Origin: an uncultured Ignavibacteriales bacterium
GTDB taxonomy: Bacteria > Bacteroidota > Ignavibacteria > Ch128b
DNA length: 48,837 nt
NCBI GenBank assembly: GCA_937138605.1
Contig: CAKZPH010000296.1
Location: 1-48,837, forward strand
Direction: 5' to 3'
Below, in pieces: positions 9,221 through 19,767 of the stretch (the stretch's first letter is position 1; each line of letters starts with the position of its first letter). The notes beneath the pieces were generated by a model. The model saw only the letters and a program-made list of their open reading frames with translations. It was not told the origin of the DNA and ran no database searches. Made by a program: the position numbers and the translations under genes.

Positions 9221-10521
9221 ACATAAAGAACTCACTAAATTTTCTATATTCTCTACAAAAATTCGGAATTAAGTTTGGACTTGATAATACAATTAAATTA
9301 TTAGAACATCTAGGAAATCCTCATCATAAATTTAAGTCTATTCATGTTGCAGGAACAAATGGAAAAGGTTCAACGGCATCTTTAATAGCTTCAGTTCTAA
9401 GTGAGCTTGGTTATAAAACTGGACTTTATACATCTCCACATCTTTTACGATTCAATGAAAGAATAAGAATTAACGGAGAAGAAATTACAGACCAAGCAAT
9501 AGTTGAACTGATTGAATTAATGCGAACTAAAATTATTGAATTAAGACCAACATTTTTTGAAGCTACGACAGTTTTAGCAATTAAATATTTTGCAGATCAA
9601 AAAGTTGATTATGCAGTTATTGAAACTGGTTTAGGCGGAAGGTTAGATTCTACAAATGTCATAACTCCGGTTATTTCTGTCATAACTAAAATTTCTTACG
9701 ATCATATGGATGTACTTGGTGAAACAATTCAAAAAATAGCTTTAGAAAAAGCAGGAATTATAAAAGATAAAATTCCGGTTGTTTTAGCAAAAAATTCCCA
9801 TGAAGTTGTCTCAACTATTAAAGAAGTTGCTTTTCAAAAAAAATCAAAGCTAATTGATGTTGGAAATCATTATAAGGTTGAAAAAGTTAATTCACAAAAT
9901 AATCAATCAAAAATTAGAATAATCTCAAAGAATACTGGATTAAGTTATCAATTAACACCTCCATTGTTCGGTAAATATCAATTTGAAAATTTATGTAATG
10001 TAATAGCCGTAATGGAAGTTTTATTTAATCCAGATGAAAATAAAGAAAAGATTATAACTGGAATTGAGAACTATAAATTTAGAATGAATGGAAGATTTCA
10101 AATACTGAAAACAAATCCTGAAATAATACTTGATACTGCTCACAATTCAGATGCAATTAAGAGTTTTTTGAATGAACTTAAAGAATATTCACCTTCCAAA
10201 AGGAAAATAGCTATTTTTGGAATTATGAAAGACAAAAGAGTTGAAGACTGTATTTTTGATATTCAAAATTCATTTGATAATATTATTCTTACTCGTGCTC
10301 AAACCGAGCGTGCTTTTTCACCGAACGAATTAACAAAAAAGTTTAATAAACAAAGTGAGAAAATGATTATTTCTGAATCCGTTCAAAAGGCCTTATTAAA
10401 ATCCTTTGAGTTAGCTATGGAGAACGATGTAATAGTTATATTTGGTTCTAATTACATTGTTGGTGAAGCTTTAGAAATAATAAATCAAAAGTTAATAAAA
10501 AATTTTCAGAATTATGCTTGA
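9217..10521 (+). CDS. folC: Bifunctional folylpolyglutamate synthase / dihydrofolate synthase
   Basis: Mur-ligase P-loop VAGTNGKGST, with family-typical length and layout. It overlaps pyrD by 4 nt. Confidence 0.85.
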   Translation: MNIKNSLNFLYSLQKFGIKFGLDNTIKLLEHLGNPHHKFKSIHVAGTNGKGSTASLIASVLSELGYKTGLYTSPHLLRFNERIRINGEEITDQAIVELIELMRTKIIELRPTFFEATTVLAIKYFADQKVDYAVIETGLGGRLDSTNVITPVISVITKISYDHMDVLGETIQKIALEKAGIIKDKIPVVLAKNSHEVVSTIKEVAFQKKSKLIDVGNHYKVEKVNSQNNQSKIRIISKNTGLSYQLTPPLFGKYQFENLCNVIAVMEVLFNPDENKEKIITGIENYKFRMNGRFQILKTNPEIILDTAHNSDAIKSFLNELKEYSPSKRKIAIFGIMKDKRVEDCIFDIQNSFDNIILTRAQTERAFSPNELTKKFNKQSEKMIISESVQKALLKSFELAMENDVIVIFGSNYIVGEALEIINQKLIKNFQNYA

Positions 10522-10547
10522 AAATCAAAATCATTTGTTTAATTTTG
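10517..10547 (+). promoter_or_regulatory. Candidate FCB-type promoter for rho (cTTG, 19 nt, TAATTTTG), implying a ~110-nt leader
   Basis: TAATTTTG at 10540-10547 matches TAnnTTTG. A CTTG lies 19 nt upstream at 10517-10520, overlapping the folC stop. The -33 element is imperfect. Confidence 0.3.
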
Positions 10548-10661
10548 CATATAGAAATTCCACGTTAACCCACAAAAAGTTTTCACATAATTTTGATCTT
10601 TTATAATGTTAAATAGTTATATCACCTGCATTAACAACTAAATCAAACGAGAGGATAGAGT

Positions 10662-11909
10662 ATGGATATAACAGAGCTCAAAAGTAAAAAAATTGTAGAG
10701 CTTAATAAAATTGCTAAAGAATTAGAAATTGAGAACTACTCCGACTTAAGAAAAAACGAATTAATTTTTAAGATTTTAGAGAAGCAGGCTGTACGTGAAG
10801 GATTATCATTTAGTTCAGGAGTTTTGGAAGTTTTACAAGATGGTTACGGATTTTTGCGTTCAGCTGATTATAATTACTTACCATCACCCGATGATATTTA
10901 TGTTTCACCATCACAAATAAAAAAATTTAACTTAAGAACTGGTGATATAATTGCCGGGCATGTAAGACCACCTAAGAATGGTGAAAAGTTCTTTGCATTG
11001 CTTAAAATAACTTCAGTGAATGATGAAGAACCTGAAAAAGTAATGCAGAGAAGATTATTTGATAATTTAACGCCACTCTATCCTACTCAAAGAATCAAAC
11101 TTGAAACGATTCCCGGTGAATACTCAATGCGAATTATGGATTTACTAACTCCAATTGGTTTTGGTCAACGCGGTTTAATTGTATCACCACCTAAAAGTGG
11201 TAAAACGATTCTCCTACAAAAGATCGCAAATTCAATCACGCGTAATCATCCTAATGTTAAATTAATTGTACTACTTATTGATGAAAGGCCCGAAGAAGTC
11301 ACAGATTGGAAAAGGACTGTAAAAGCCGAAGTTATATCGTCAACTTTTGATGAACCTGCAGAAAGGCACGTTCATGTTTCAGATATCGTTATTGAAAAAG
11401 CAAAAAGACTGGTCGAAATGGGTCACGATGTTGTAATATTACTTGACAGTATAACACGACTTGCTCGCGCAAACAATACTGTTGTTCCTCATAGTGGTAA
11501 AATACTTTCGGGTGGAATCGATGCGCATGCACTTCATAAACCGAAAAGATTTTTTGGTGCTGCTAGAAATACTGAAGAGGGTGGAAGCTTGACTATCATT
11601 GCAACAGCATTGATTGATACTGGCAGTAGAATGGATGAAGTTATTTTTGAAGAGTTTAAAGGTACCGGTAATATGGAAACACTGCTAGATAGAAATCTTG
11701 CTGATAGAAGAATTTTCCCTGCAATCGATGTAAATAGAAGTGGAACTAGAAAAGAAGAGTTACTACTGGGTGAGGAAGAATTACAAAGAGTATGGTTACT
11801 TCGTAAAATACTTAGCGACCTTAATCCCGTTGAGGCAATGGAATTCCTTCTTGAGAAAATGAGTGGAACAAAAAACAATAAAGAATTCCTTGAATCAATG
11901 AATAGTTGA
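10662..11909 (+). CDS. rho: Transcription termination factor Rho (standard length, no large N-terminal insertion)
   Basis: N-terminal Rho_N/CSD-like RNA-binding region, Walker A PPKSGKT, and C-terminal RecA-type ATPase motifs. It is preceded by a GAGAGGA Shine-Dalgarno sequence. Confidence 0.95.
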   Translation: MDITELKSKKIVELNKIAKELEIENYSDLRKNELIFKILEKQAVREGLSFSSGVLEVLQDGYGFLRSADYNYLPSPDDIYVSPSQIKKFNLRTGDIIAGHVRPPKNGEKFFALLKITSVNDEEPEKVMQRRLFDNLTPLYPTQRIKLETIPGEYSMRIMDLLTPIGFGQRGLIVSPPKSGKTILLQKIANSITRNHPNVKLIVLLIDERPEEVTDWKRTVKAEVISSTFDEPAERHVHVSDIVIEKAKRLVEMGHDVVILLDSITRLARANNTVVPHSGKILSGGIDAHALHKPKRFFGAARNTEEGGSLTIIATALIDTGSRMDEVIFEEFKGTGNMETLLDRNLADRRIFPAIDVNRSGTRKEELLLGEEELQRVWLLRKILSDLNPVEAMEFLLEKMSGTKNNKEFLESMNS

Positions 11910-11913
11910 AAAA

Positions 11914-14160
11914 TTGAAAAACCTACGTCATTTAACACTTATAATAGTTTTATTATTCAATTCTCTTCTTAGTCAAGATTCAACAAAGTATCAATGGCCT
12001 CTTGCGCCATTTAATTCATCAAAACTAATTACAGGCACCTTTTGCGAATATCGCAGCACATCTGCATCAGGTCACTATCATAATGGGGTTGACATTCCAG
12101 CACCTGCAGGAACACCGGTCTACGCTGTTTTACCGGGAACAGTAACAGCTTTAAGTACAGCTGATCCTACTGGTTATGATAATTACATACGTGTGAGATC
12201 TGTTATTAATGGAAATAATAAAGATATAACTTATTATCATACGAATCCCGTCAAAAGCATTGGTCAAACTGTTCAAGCAGGAGAAATTGTTTCAACAATT
12301 GCTATCGATCACGTGCATTTAACTGAATATTATTTGGGAAATACTTCACTGGAAGTCAATCCTCTAAGACCCGATGGGGGGTTGTTTCCACTCGTTGACA
12401 TCTGGAAACCAAGAATTGTATCAGTAAGATTTTTTGTAGATGGTACAAGTACTCAACTTTCTCCTTCATACCTGGGTGGAAAAGTTGATATAATTACAAA
12501 AATACAAGAAGCAAATGGTGAGGGTTCAACTGCTGTAACAAACAACGGAACATACATCATTGGATATAAAGTTTTTTCTTCTGATACTCAACAAGTTGTT
12601 TACAACCCACCAAGTAATTCAGTTAGATATCTTTACTATATAAAGCCTTTAAACTCGTACGTAAATAATAATTATTATCAACCTGAAGCTACTTCATCAA
12701 ATCATGTTTATATCGTAACAAATGGTGACGGTGCAGATTATATCAGGTCAACTAGAATAGTGAACAACAACTTCTGGAACACTGACTTACTACCCGATGG
12801 AAATTATGTTGTCATGATTTATACTTTTGATACACGTGGAAATGGCGACACGGTTTTTATTAAAGTAACCAAGACTAACATTGATTTAATTCCACCATCC
12901 CAAACAAATTTTTTAAGTATAATCTCTAATGCTAATAACAACATTACTCTTAATTGGGAAGCGAATCCTACACCAGACTTAAAAGGTCATCGATTATATT
13001 ATTCACTAAATAATTCGAGCTGGATATTAAAAGACAATGAAAATATTTTGAATGATTCAATAACAAGCAGAACTTACGATAATACATTAAATCGTGAAAT
13101 ATTTTTCAAACTTTATCCAGTAGATAAATCTCCGAACGCAAATGTTGGACCACAAAGTGACGTTTATGGAATAAGAATTAATGTAGGGCCACCAAAAGTT
13201 TTAATTGTCGATGGATTTACAAGAACCAGTGGTAGTTACAAACAAGCATATCATGATTTTGTTTTCTACTATGCAACTAGTTTTAGAAGTGATTTTCATA
13301 CTTCCTCATCAAAAGCTGTTGAAAATGGATTAGTAAACTTAAATGATTATAATTTAGTTATTTGGTTTGTTGGTGACGAATCCGTTACCGATGAGTCTCT
13401 AAATTCTAATGAACAAGAGATCATAAAGAATTATTTAAGAAATGGTGGGAAACTTTTTATTACAGGCTCAGAAATTGGTTATGATTTATTTGAAAACGGC
13501 TCTTTACTTGATAGAGACTTTTATAATAATTATTTAAAGGCAAAGTATAACTCTGATAATGCGGCTAGTTTTAGTGCAATGGGTGAACAAGGTTCCATAT
13601 TTCAAGGAATAGAATTTGGTTTTGGTTTGACCTCTCAAGGTGCTCCATACAACGAAGATAATCCAGATGAAATTGATACGTTGAACAATAGCAAAGTACT
13701 TCTTAGATATTCAAATAATAAAGTCGCTTGTATTGGTTATCATGGTTATGTTCCTGGTGGAATAAGACCATGTTCTCTTGTATATCTTGCATTTCCTTTT
13801 GAAGTGATTCATGGCTCTGCAAAGAGACAGGCTTTGATGGAAAGAATTTTTCAGTTTTTAGGACTATCAACTAAAGTAGATGACAGTTTTATTCCTAGCG
13901 AATTTAAGGTTTTTCAGAATCAACCAAATCCTTTTAATGCAAATACCAAAATCTTATTTCAAATTCCTGAACGAGACTTTGTTTCAATTGATTTATACGA
14001 TATTTTAGGACGATTTATCAAAAACATTGAAGCTAAAGAATTCGACACGGGATTACATGAAATACATTTTAGCAGCATTAACATTAGCTCAGGAATATAT
14101 GTAATTAATGTGAAATGGCGAGAACTTTCTAAATCAATAAAGGCTGTCATTATAAAATGA
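11914..14160 (+). CDS. Secreted multidomain M23 (LytM-type) metallopeptidase with a type-A T9SS C-terminal sorting domain
   Basis: Signal peptide MKNLRHLTLIIVLLFNSLLSQ. Intact M23 zinc motifs HNGVD (HxxxD) and HVH (HxH). The C-terminal ~80 aa (FQNQPNPFNANTKILFQIP...GIYVINVKW) match the T9SS CTD pattern. TTG start 4 nt after the rho stop. The middle ~400 aa are not confidently assigned. Confidence 0.75.
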   Translation: MKNLRHLTLIIVLLFNSLLSQDSTKYQWPLAPFNSSKLITGTFCEYRSTSASGHYHNGVDIPAPAGTPVYAVLPGTVTALSTADPTGYDNYIRVRSVINGNNKDITYYHTNPVKSIGQTVQAGEIVSTIAIDHVHLTEYYLGNTSLEVNPLRPDGGLFPLVDIWKPRIVSVRFFVDGTSTQLSPSYLGGKVDIITKIQEANGEGSTAVTNNGTYIIGYKVFSSDTQQVVYNPPSNSVRYLYYIKPLNSYVNNNYYQPEATSSNHVYIVTNGDGADYIRSTRIVNNNFWNTDLLPDGNYVVMIYTFDTRGNGDTVFIKVTKTNIDLIPPSQTNFLSIISNANNNITLNWEANPTPDLKGHRLYYSLNNSSWILKDNENILNDSITSRTYDNTLNREIFFKLYPVDKSPNANVGPQSDVYGIRINVGPPKVLIVDGFTRTSGSYKQAYHDFVFYYATSFRSDFHTSSSKAVENGLVNLNDYNLVIWFVGDESVTDESLNSNEQEIIKNYLRNGGKLFITGSEIGYDLFENGSLLDRDFYNNYLKAKYNSDNAASFSAMGEQGSIFQGIEFGFGLTSQGAPYNEDNPDEIDTLNNSKVLLRYSNNKVACIGYHGYVPGGIRPCSLVYLAFPFEVIHGSAKRQALMERIFQFLGLSTKVDDSFIPSEFKVFQNQPNPFNANTKILFQIPERDFVSIDLYDILGRFIKNIEAKEFDTGLHEIHFSSINISSGIYVINVKWRELSKSIKAVIIK

Positions 14161-15353
14161 AAAGAACTCTTACAATTTTAATTTTGGTTTTGATTCAAAC
14201 ATTTTTCAGTCAGGGTATCAGTAAAAAATGGGATAGTGAAAGATTTTCTGATATTTCGTTAGGTAAATTTTATTTTTCCTACTGGACTAACCCTGTTCAT
14301 TTCAATGAAAACTTTATTTTGAACTATAAAATTCGATACGATTTACTGGTATTTGAAAAAGTCAGGTATGATACGTTTCTTTCAAGAATTAAAGTAATAC
14401 TTGAGATAAGCAACAACGAATTATCAACAGTATCCCGTAATATTCAAGAAGTTAAAATAAAATGCTCTGATTATGAGCAAACTGTCTCTAAAGATTTGTA
14501 TTACACGGGTGTCTTTAAATTAAATCTTCCTTTAAGAGAATTGAGAGGACGAATTTCTATTATTGATGAGAAATCCCAAAAAGAAATACTTGCTCGTAAT
14601 TTCACATTTAATTTAAAAGCTGAGGATCAAAACTTCGTTCCGATATTCATAAAATCCGATAATATTCAAAAATTTTTGAGTGATGAAATTCAATCTGAGT
14701 TTTACAACTTTCTACCATTTGAAACTAATACGTATTATTTAGTATTGCCATTATCACCAAAATTCGAAAGCATAGTAATTAAAGATGAACAGATAAAATA
14801 TGAATTAAAAAGAGAAGAAAAGTTTGGACTTAATTATTCTATATTTATTCTTGATACACTTGAATTGATAGAAGGTAAATATTTTATTGAGTTAAATACA
14901 TCTAACGTAAAGAAGGATTTCTTTGTGATATGGCTTAATAAACCCGAGTATTTATGGAATCTTGAAAAAGCATCAAAAATTCTAAACTATATTTTCCCGG
15001 GTGATGAATTACACCTCCTGAATAATTCTTCGAGAAAGTCTCATTTAAGAGAATTTTATAAACTGTGGAAAAAGTTTGATCCAACACCTAAAACAGCTTT
15101 TAATGAATTGATGTTTGAATATTATAAGCGTGCCGACTTTGCAAATATGGAATTCAGGAGTGTATCTCAACCAGATGGTGCATTAACAGATAGAGGTAAA
15201 ATATACATTATTTATGGTCCCCCACAAAAAATTGAACGTACTTTTACGCAAGATGGTAGAGCCTTAGAAACCTGGTACTTCTATTCCCCAATAAACAAAA
15301 CATTGAAATTCTTTGACGTAAACAAAAACGGAAATTACATTTTACAACAATGA
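14157..15353 (+). CDS. GWxTD-domain protein (secreted, function unknown)
   Basis: Signal peptide plus a C-terminal WKKFDPTPKT...YYKRADFAN..F....GALTDRGKIYIIYGPP...ETWYF pattern characteristic of the GWxTD domain (here GALTD). ATGA overlap with the upstream gene. Confidence 0.7.
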   Translation: MKRTLTILILVLIQTFFSQGISKKWDSERFSDISLGKFYFSYWTNPVHFNENFILNYKIRYDLLVFEKVRYDTFLSRIKVILEISNNELSTVSRNIQEVKIKCSDYEQTVSKDLYYTGVFKLNLPLRELRGRISIIDEKSQKEILARNFTFNLKAEDQNFVPIFIKSDNIQKFLSDEIQSEFYNFLPFETNTYYLVLPLSPKFESIVIKDEQIKYELKREEKFGLNYSIFILDTLELIEGKYFIELNTSNVKKDFFVIWLNKPEYLWNLEKASKILNYIFPGDELHLLNNSSRKSHLREFYKLWKKFDPTPKTAFNELMFEYYKRADFANMEFRSVSQPDGALTDRGKIYIIYGPPQKIERTFTQDGRALETWYFYSPINKTLKFFDVNKNGNYILQQ

Positions 15354-16294
15354 TTAAAATAGGTATCACTTGTGGAGATATAAATGGTGTTGGACCTGAG
15401 GTTGCAATCAAAGCTCTTAAGCAAATTCACGGCGATTATAAATTCTATTTAATAGGTCCGAAGAATTTATGGTTAAATCAGATTTCTAAATTAAAGGTTG
15501 ATAATTTCGGAAGCTTTGAATTAGTCGATTTGGGTAAATTTTCCATTACTCCAGGCACTCCTACAGCTACATCAGGTAAAATTTCAATTCAGGCTATTAA
15601 TGAATCTATTAAGTTATGGGATGATAAGGTCATTGATATAATTATTACTGCACCAATTTCGAAAGAAGCTATTTTCAAAGCAGGTTCTAAATTCAAGGGG
15701 CACACAGAAATTTTCGCAAATCACTTTAAGACCAATAAATACGTAATGATGTTCTTATCAAGATCTTTTTATGCGGCTCTAATGACAATTCATATCCCCA
15801 TAAAAGAAGTTTCGAAACAACTAACAAAAGAATTATTGGAAAATAAAATTCAGGTTGTTCGAAATTCTTTGAAAGAGGATTTTTCATTACGCAGTCCAAA
15901 GATTGCAATTATGGGATTAAATCCTCATGCGGGTGAATCAACTGTAATTGGAAGAGAAGAAAGTGAAATAATAATTCCGGTTATAAAAAAATTGAGTGGT
16001 AATAAATTTGGTATATATGGCCCATTTTCACCTGATGGATTTTTTGGGCGTAAAGAATATAAAAATTTTCATTGCGTTATTGGAATGTATCATGATCAAG
16101 TTTTAATTCCCTTCAAACTCTTGAATTTCAATAATGGTGTGAATTTTACGGCGGGGCTACCACTTATTAGAACAAGTCCCGACCATGGTACCGCTTTCAA
16201 CTTAGCAGGCAAAAATCTTGCTGACCATAGAAGTATGCTGGAAGCGATTAAATATGGAATTAAAATTTTTAAGAATAGACACGGTATAAAATGA
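15350..16294 (+). CDS. pdxA: 4-hydroxythreonine-4-phosphate dehydrogenase
   Basis: GITCGDINGVGPEV N-terminus, GHTEIFA, SPDHGTAF..AG motifs of PdxA. 4-nt overlaps on both sides. Confidence 0.85.
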   Translation: MIKIGITCGDINGVGPEVAIKALKQIHGDYKFYLIGPKNLWLNQISKLKVDNFGSFELVDLGKFSITPGTPTATSGKISIQAINESIKLWDDKVIDIIITAPISKEAIFKAGSKFKGHTEIFANHFKTNKYVMMFLSRSFYAALMTIHIPIKEVSKQLTKELLENKIQVVRNSLKEDFSLRSPKIAIMGLNPHAGESTVIGREESEIIIPVIKKLSGNKFGIYGPFSPDGFFGRKEYKNFHCVIGMYHDQVLIPFKLLNFNNGVNFTAGLPLIRTSPDHGTAFNLAGKNLADHRSMLEAIKYGIKIFKNRHGIK

Positions 16295-16983
16295 TTCTCT
16301 CCTTTGAAAATGTTTCCTTCTCATACAATAAACATTCAATTCTAAAAAATGCATCCTTCACAATGGATTCTAATGAGTTTTTATATTTGATTGGACCAAG
16401 TGGTTCAGGGAAAACTACTGTTATAAAATTGATTTATATGGATTTAATGCCTCAATCTGGAGTAGTGGCGATAGGGGAATTTAACTCTCAATTCATGAAA
16501 GAAAGATATATCCCGATGCTCCGCAGAAAGCTTGGCATTATTTTTCAAGATTTTCGTTTGTTAACCGACAGAACGGTGGAGGAAAATTTATCATTTGTTC
16601 TTCATTCAATTAATTCTCCTAAAAAAGAGATTAAGAAAAAGATTTTTAATGCACTTTCACTTGTAGGTTTAACTCATAAAAGAAATGCTTATCCTAATGA
16701 ACTATCCGGGGGAGAACAACAGCGAATTGTAATCGCACGAGCAATAATTAATGATCCAATTCTAATTCTTGCTGATGAACCAACAGGTAATCTCGATCCC
16801 GACACATCAAATCAAATAATGGAAATTCTTAAAGACATCAATGCGAGAGGTACTGCAGTTTTAGTAGCAACTCATAACTATGAGTTAGTCAAGAAATTTC
16901 CATCGAATGTTTTACAAATTAAAAATGAACAAATAACGGGCGTTAAGATTAACTCCGATTTACCCTTTCAACTGCCTCAATAA
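16291..16983 (+). CDS. ftsE: Cell-division ABC ATPase FtsE-like protein (no ftsX partner in the window)
   Basis: Walker [13 protein letters not shown] signature LSGGEQQR, Walker B ILLADEPT, and an FtsE-like IFQDFRLL segment. Length ~230 aa. Confidence 0.75.
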   Translation: MILSFENVSFSYNKHSILKNASFTMDSNEFLYLIGPSGSGKTTVIKLIYMDLMPQSGVVAIGEFNSQFMKERYIPMLRRKLGIIFQDFRLLTDRTVEENLSFVLHSINSPKKEIKKKIFNALSLVGLTHKRNAYPNELSGGEQQRIVIARAIINDPILILADEPTGNLDPDTSNQIMEILKDINARGTAVLVATHNYELVKKFPSNVLQIKNEQITGVKINSDLPFQLPQ

Positions 16984-17608
16984 TTTTTTGGGTTATCTCT
17001 GCTATTTCTCCAAATCCATCGATCGAAATAAAGTAGGCATTATTCTCCTTATAAAAATTTTTAACTGGTAAAGTGCTTGCTTTATAAATTTCCAATCTTT
17101 TAGCGATAACTTCTTGAGTATCATCATTCCGTTGATATATAGTGCCCCTTGAACCGCAAATAGGACAAACATCATCGAACTTATCGTATAAAAGATTAAA
17201 TAAACTACCACAATTTTTACAACTTCTTCGATTTGTAATTCGACGAATTATTTCTTGTTCGTCTAAATTCAAATCAATCACTATTGGTTTTTCTAACCCA
17301 AACTCATTAAAAATTTTAGAGAGTGCTTTCGCTTGTTCAACGGTTCTTGGAAATCCATCCAGAATAAAACCATTCTTACATTTTTCTGAACAGAGTGTAT
17401 CTTTTATTATTTCAACCATAACTTCATCAGGTACAAGTCGCCCCGAATCCATGATTTCTTTTGCTTTAAGACCTAATGAAGTTTTTTTCTCCACTGCTTC
17501 TCTTAACATGTCGCCTGTAGAAATATGTGGAATATTAAATTTTTGTGACAAAATTTTTGCTTGCGTTCCCTTTCCAACACCAGGTGGACCGAACAAGATC
17601 AAGTTCAT
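16949..17608 (-). CDS. adk: Adenylate kinase (long, zinc-binding lid variant)
   Basis: GPPGVGKGTQ P-loop and a lid with CKNCG...CPICG. ATG 17608 lies 6 nt after GGAG; the track start 17620 adds MEFK. Its 3' end overlaps the ftsE 3' end by 35 nt (convergent). Confidence 0.9.
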   Translation of the reverse strand: MNLILFGPPGVGKGTQAKILSQKFNIPHISTGDMLREAVEKKTSLGLKAKEIMDSGRLVPDEVMVEIIKDTLCSEKCKNGFILDGFPRTVEQAKALSKIFNEFGLEKPIVIDLNLDEQEIIRRITNRRSCKNCGSLFNLLYDKFDDVCPICGSRGTIYQRNDDTQEVIAKRLEIYKASTLPVKNFYKENNAYFISIDGFGEIAEITQKIIEAVERVNRS

Positions 17609-17864
17609 TTTAAACTCCATTTTGAACTTTTTTAATGCAATATAAGAAACACAAAAATTGTATTTATTCGAATTTCAATTTGATATTTTGACTAAAACAC
17701 AGTAATTAAATTAGTTCAAATAGTATTATTTATTTCCTCGTAATTGTTAGGGGAGTTTAAAAGAAAAATATTTCATATTGTAAAAAATTTTCATCCTTTT
17801 CTGGAAAATCAATTTTTTTGAACATTCTTTGCTAAATGTTAATTTTGGAAAATTTTTTAACGAT

Positions 17865-18713
17865 ATGTTAACACATTCCGAATTAGAGAGAATCGCAAAC
17901 GAATTAAGAATAGATATTATAAAAGCAATTTATAATGCTAAATCAGGCCATCCAGGTGGCTCACTAAGTGCTATTGATATTATAACATATCTCTTCTTTA
18001 ACGAAATCAAACGAACTCCAGAAAATGCTTTTGATCCTGACCGGGATCGATTCGTTTTATCTAAAGGTCATGGTGTGCCAGCACTTTATGCTGTTCTAGC
18101 TCGATTAGGATTAATCGAATACAATGAACTGATGAATTTGAGGAAGTTAGGCTCCAGAACGCAAGGACATCCTAGTTATCAAGATTTACCTTATGTTGAG
18201 GCTTCCACTGGCTCCCTTGGTCAGGGATTATCAATTGCCATAGGTATTGCTATTGCTGGAAAGCTGGATAAAAAAAATTATAATGTTTACTGCATGATTG
18301 GCGATGGTGAAATGCAGGAAGGTCAAATTTGGGAAGCTTTAATGTCGGCTCCAAAATTTAAGCTAGATAACCTTTGTGTCATATTAGATTATAACAAAAG
18401 TCAAATTGATGGTTATATTAAAGATGTGATGGATCTTGAACCTATTGAAAGCAAATTAACAGCATTTAGATGGAATGTTATGGAAATTGATGGGCATGAT
18501 TTTGATGAAATTGAAAAAGCTATTCAAACATTTAAAAAAATTTTGGATAAACCTTCTTTTATAATCGCTCACACTATTAAAGGAAAAGGAGTTTCTTTCA
18601 TGGAAGATAATATTGAATTTCATGGTAGAGCTCCAAATGAAAAGGAATTTGAACAGGCATTGATAGAATTACAAAAATTATTAAAGGAAAAATGGGTAAA
18701 GCAACAAGGTTAG
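17865..18713 (+). CDS. Transketolase, N-terminal (TPP pyrophosphate-binding) subunit of a split enzyme
   Basis: SGHPGGSLS, GDGEMQEG and related motifs. The first ATG is at 17865 (MLTHSELERIAN); the track start 17829 is an upstream TTG. Confidence 0.85.
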   Translation: MLTHSELERIANELRIDIIKAIYNAKSGHPGGSLSAIDIITYLFFNEIKRTPENAFDPDRDRFVLSKGHGVPALYAVLARLGLIEYNELMNLRKLGSRTQGHPSYQDLPYVEASTGSLGQGLSIAIGIAIAGKLDKKNYNVYCMIGDGEMQEGQIWEALMSAPKFKLDNLCVILDYNKSQIDGYIKDVMDLEPIESKLTAFRWNVMEIDGHDFDEIEKAIQTFKKILDKPSFIIAHTIKGKGVSFMEDNIEFHGRAPNEKEFEQALIELQKLLKEKWVKQQG

Positions 18714-19612
18714 CCTTTGGTGAAACAATTTCAAATTTAGGTGAGATAAACAAAGATATCGTTGTGCTGGATGCCGACTTATCTAAGTCAACAACTTCAT
18801 ACATTTTCGCAAAAAAATTTCCAGAGAGATTTTTTGAGTTAGGTATTCAAGAAGCAAACATGATAGGGATTAGCGCTGGTTTAGCTCTTTCGGGGAAGAT
18901 TCCGTTCTGTTGCAGTTTTGCTTGTTTCATAACAGGGCGATACGATACTATAAGAATTTCGGTGGCTTATACAAAAGCAAACGTTAGAATTATTGGTACT
19001 CATGCTGGAATTGGAATAGGAGAAGATGGAACTACTCAAATGGGTCTTGAAGATGTTAGTCTCATGCGATCGTTGCCAAATTTCAGTGTTTGTCAACCTT
19101 GTGATGAAATAGAAACACGAGAATTAATTAAATATAGCATTCAACACAAAGGACCGATGTATATTCGTCTAACCAGACAAAGCTTACCAGTGATTTTTAA
19201 TGAAGATTACGTATTCGAATTCGGAAAAGGTGTTACCGTAGCAGAAGGCAACGACGCAGTTATTTTTGCAACAGGTGCATTAGTGCATGAAGCTCTTAAA
19301 GCTCATGAAATTTTGAAAAATGAAAGTATTGGCTTAAAAGTCATTAATATTCACACTATCAAACCCATTGATAAAGAATTAATAATAGAAAATGCAAAAA
19401 AATTTGGATTGGTATTTACAGCAGAAGATCACAGTATAATTGGTGGATTAGGTTCTGCAGTTTCTGAAGTATTAGCAGAAAATTATCCGACTAAAGTTAT
19501 CCGAATTGGATTACCCAATGTTTTTGGCGAATCAGGATCACCAGAATCTCTTTATAAGAAATACAAATTCGATGGTGAAAGCGTTGCCAAAACCATCAAA
19601 GCGAACTTATAA
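18692..19612 (+). CDS. Transketolase, C-terminal (pyrimidine-binding plus C-terminal domain) subunit
   Basis: FELGIQEANMIGISAGLA and GEDGTTQMGLEDV motifs. It overlaps the N-terminal subunit gene by 22 nt. Confidence 0.85.
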   Translation: MGKATRLAFGETISNLGEINKDIVVLDADLSKSTTSYIFAKKFPERFFELGIQEANMIGISAGLALSGKIPFCCSFACFITGRYDTIRISVAYTKANVRIIGTHAGIGIGEDGTTQMGLEDVSLMRSLPNFSVCQPCDEIETRELIKYSIQHKGPMYIRLTRQSLPVIFNEDYVFEFGKGVTVAEGNDAVIFATGALVHEALKAHEILKNESIGLKVINIHTIKPIDKELIIENAKKFGLVFTAEDHSIIGGLGSAVSEVLAENYPTKVIRIGLPNVFGESGSPESLYKKYKFDGESVAKTIKANL

Positions 19613-19767
19613 TTTTATATACTACCTTGCCCTTAAAATCCTCTCTAAATTTACTTAATAAGCTTAAGACTTCCGTTATCTAATCATAACTAGTAACCTA
19701 AAAATATAAAGATTTTAATAAGGTGACTTTGACATAAATTTAAGTGTACGTGCCCTGCTAAAAGTTT

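Noticed and set aside
11534-11938. 134-aa minus-strand ORF
   Set aside because: It is antisense to the rho C-terminus. The Ser/Leu-rich composition is typical of antisense frames.
17142-17645. 167-aa plus-strand ORF, together with 17002-17211 on the minus strand
   Set aside because: It lies entirely antisense to, or out of frame with, the well-supported adk gene. The composition is low complexity and no motif is present, so it is a shadow ORF.
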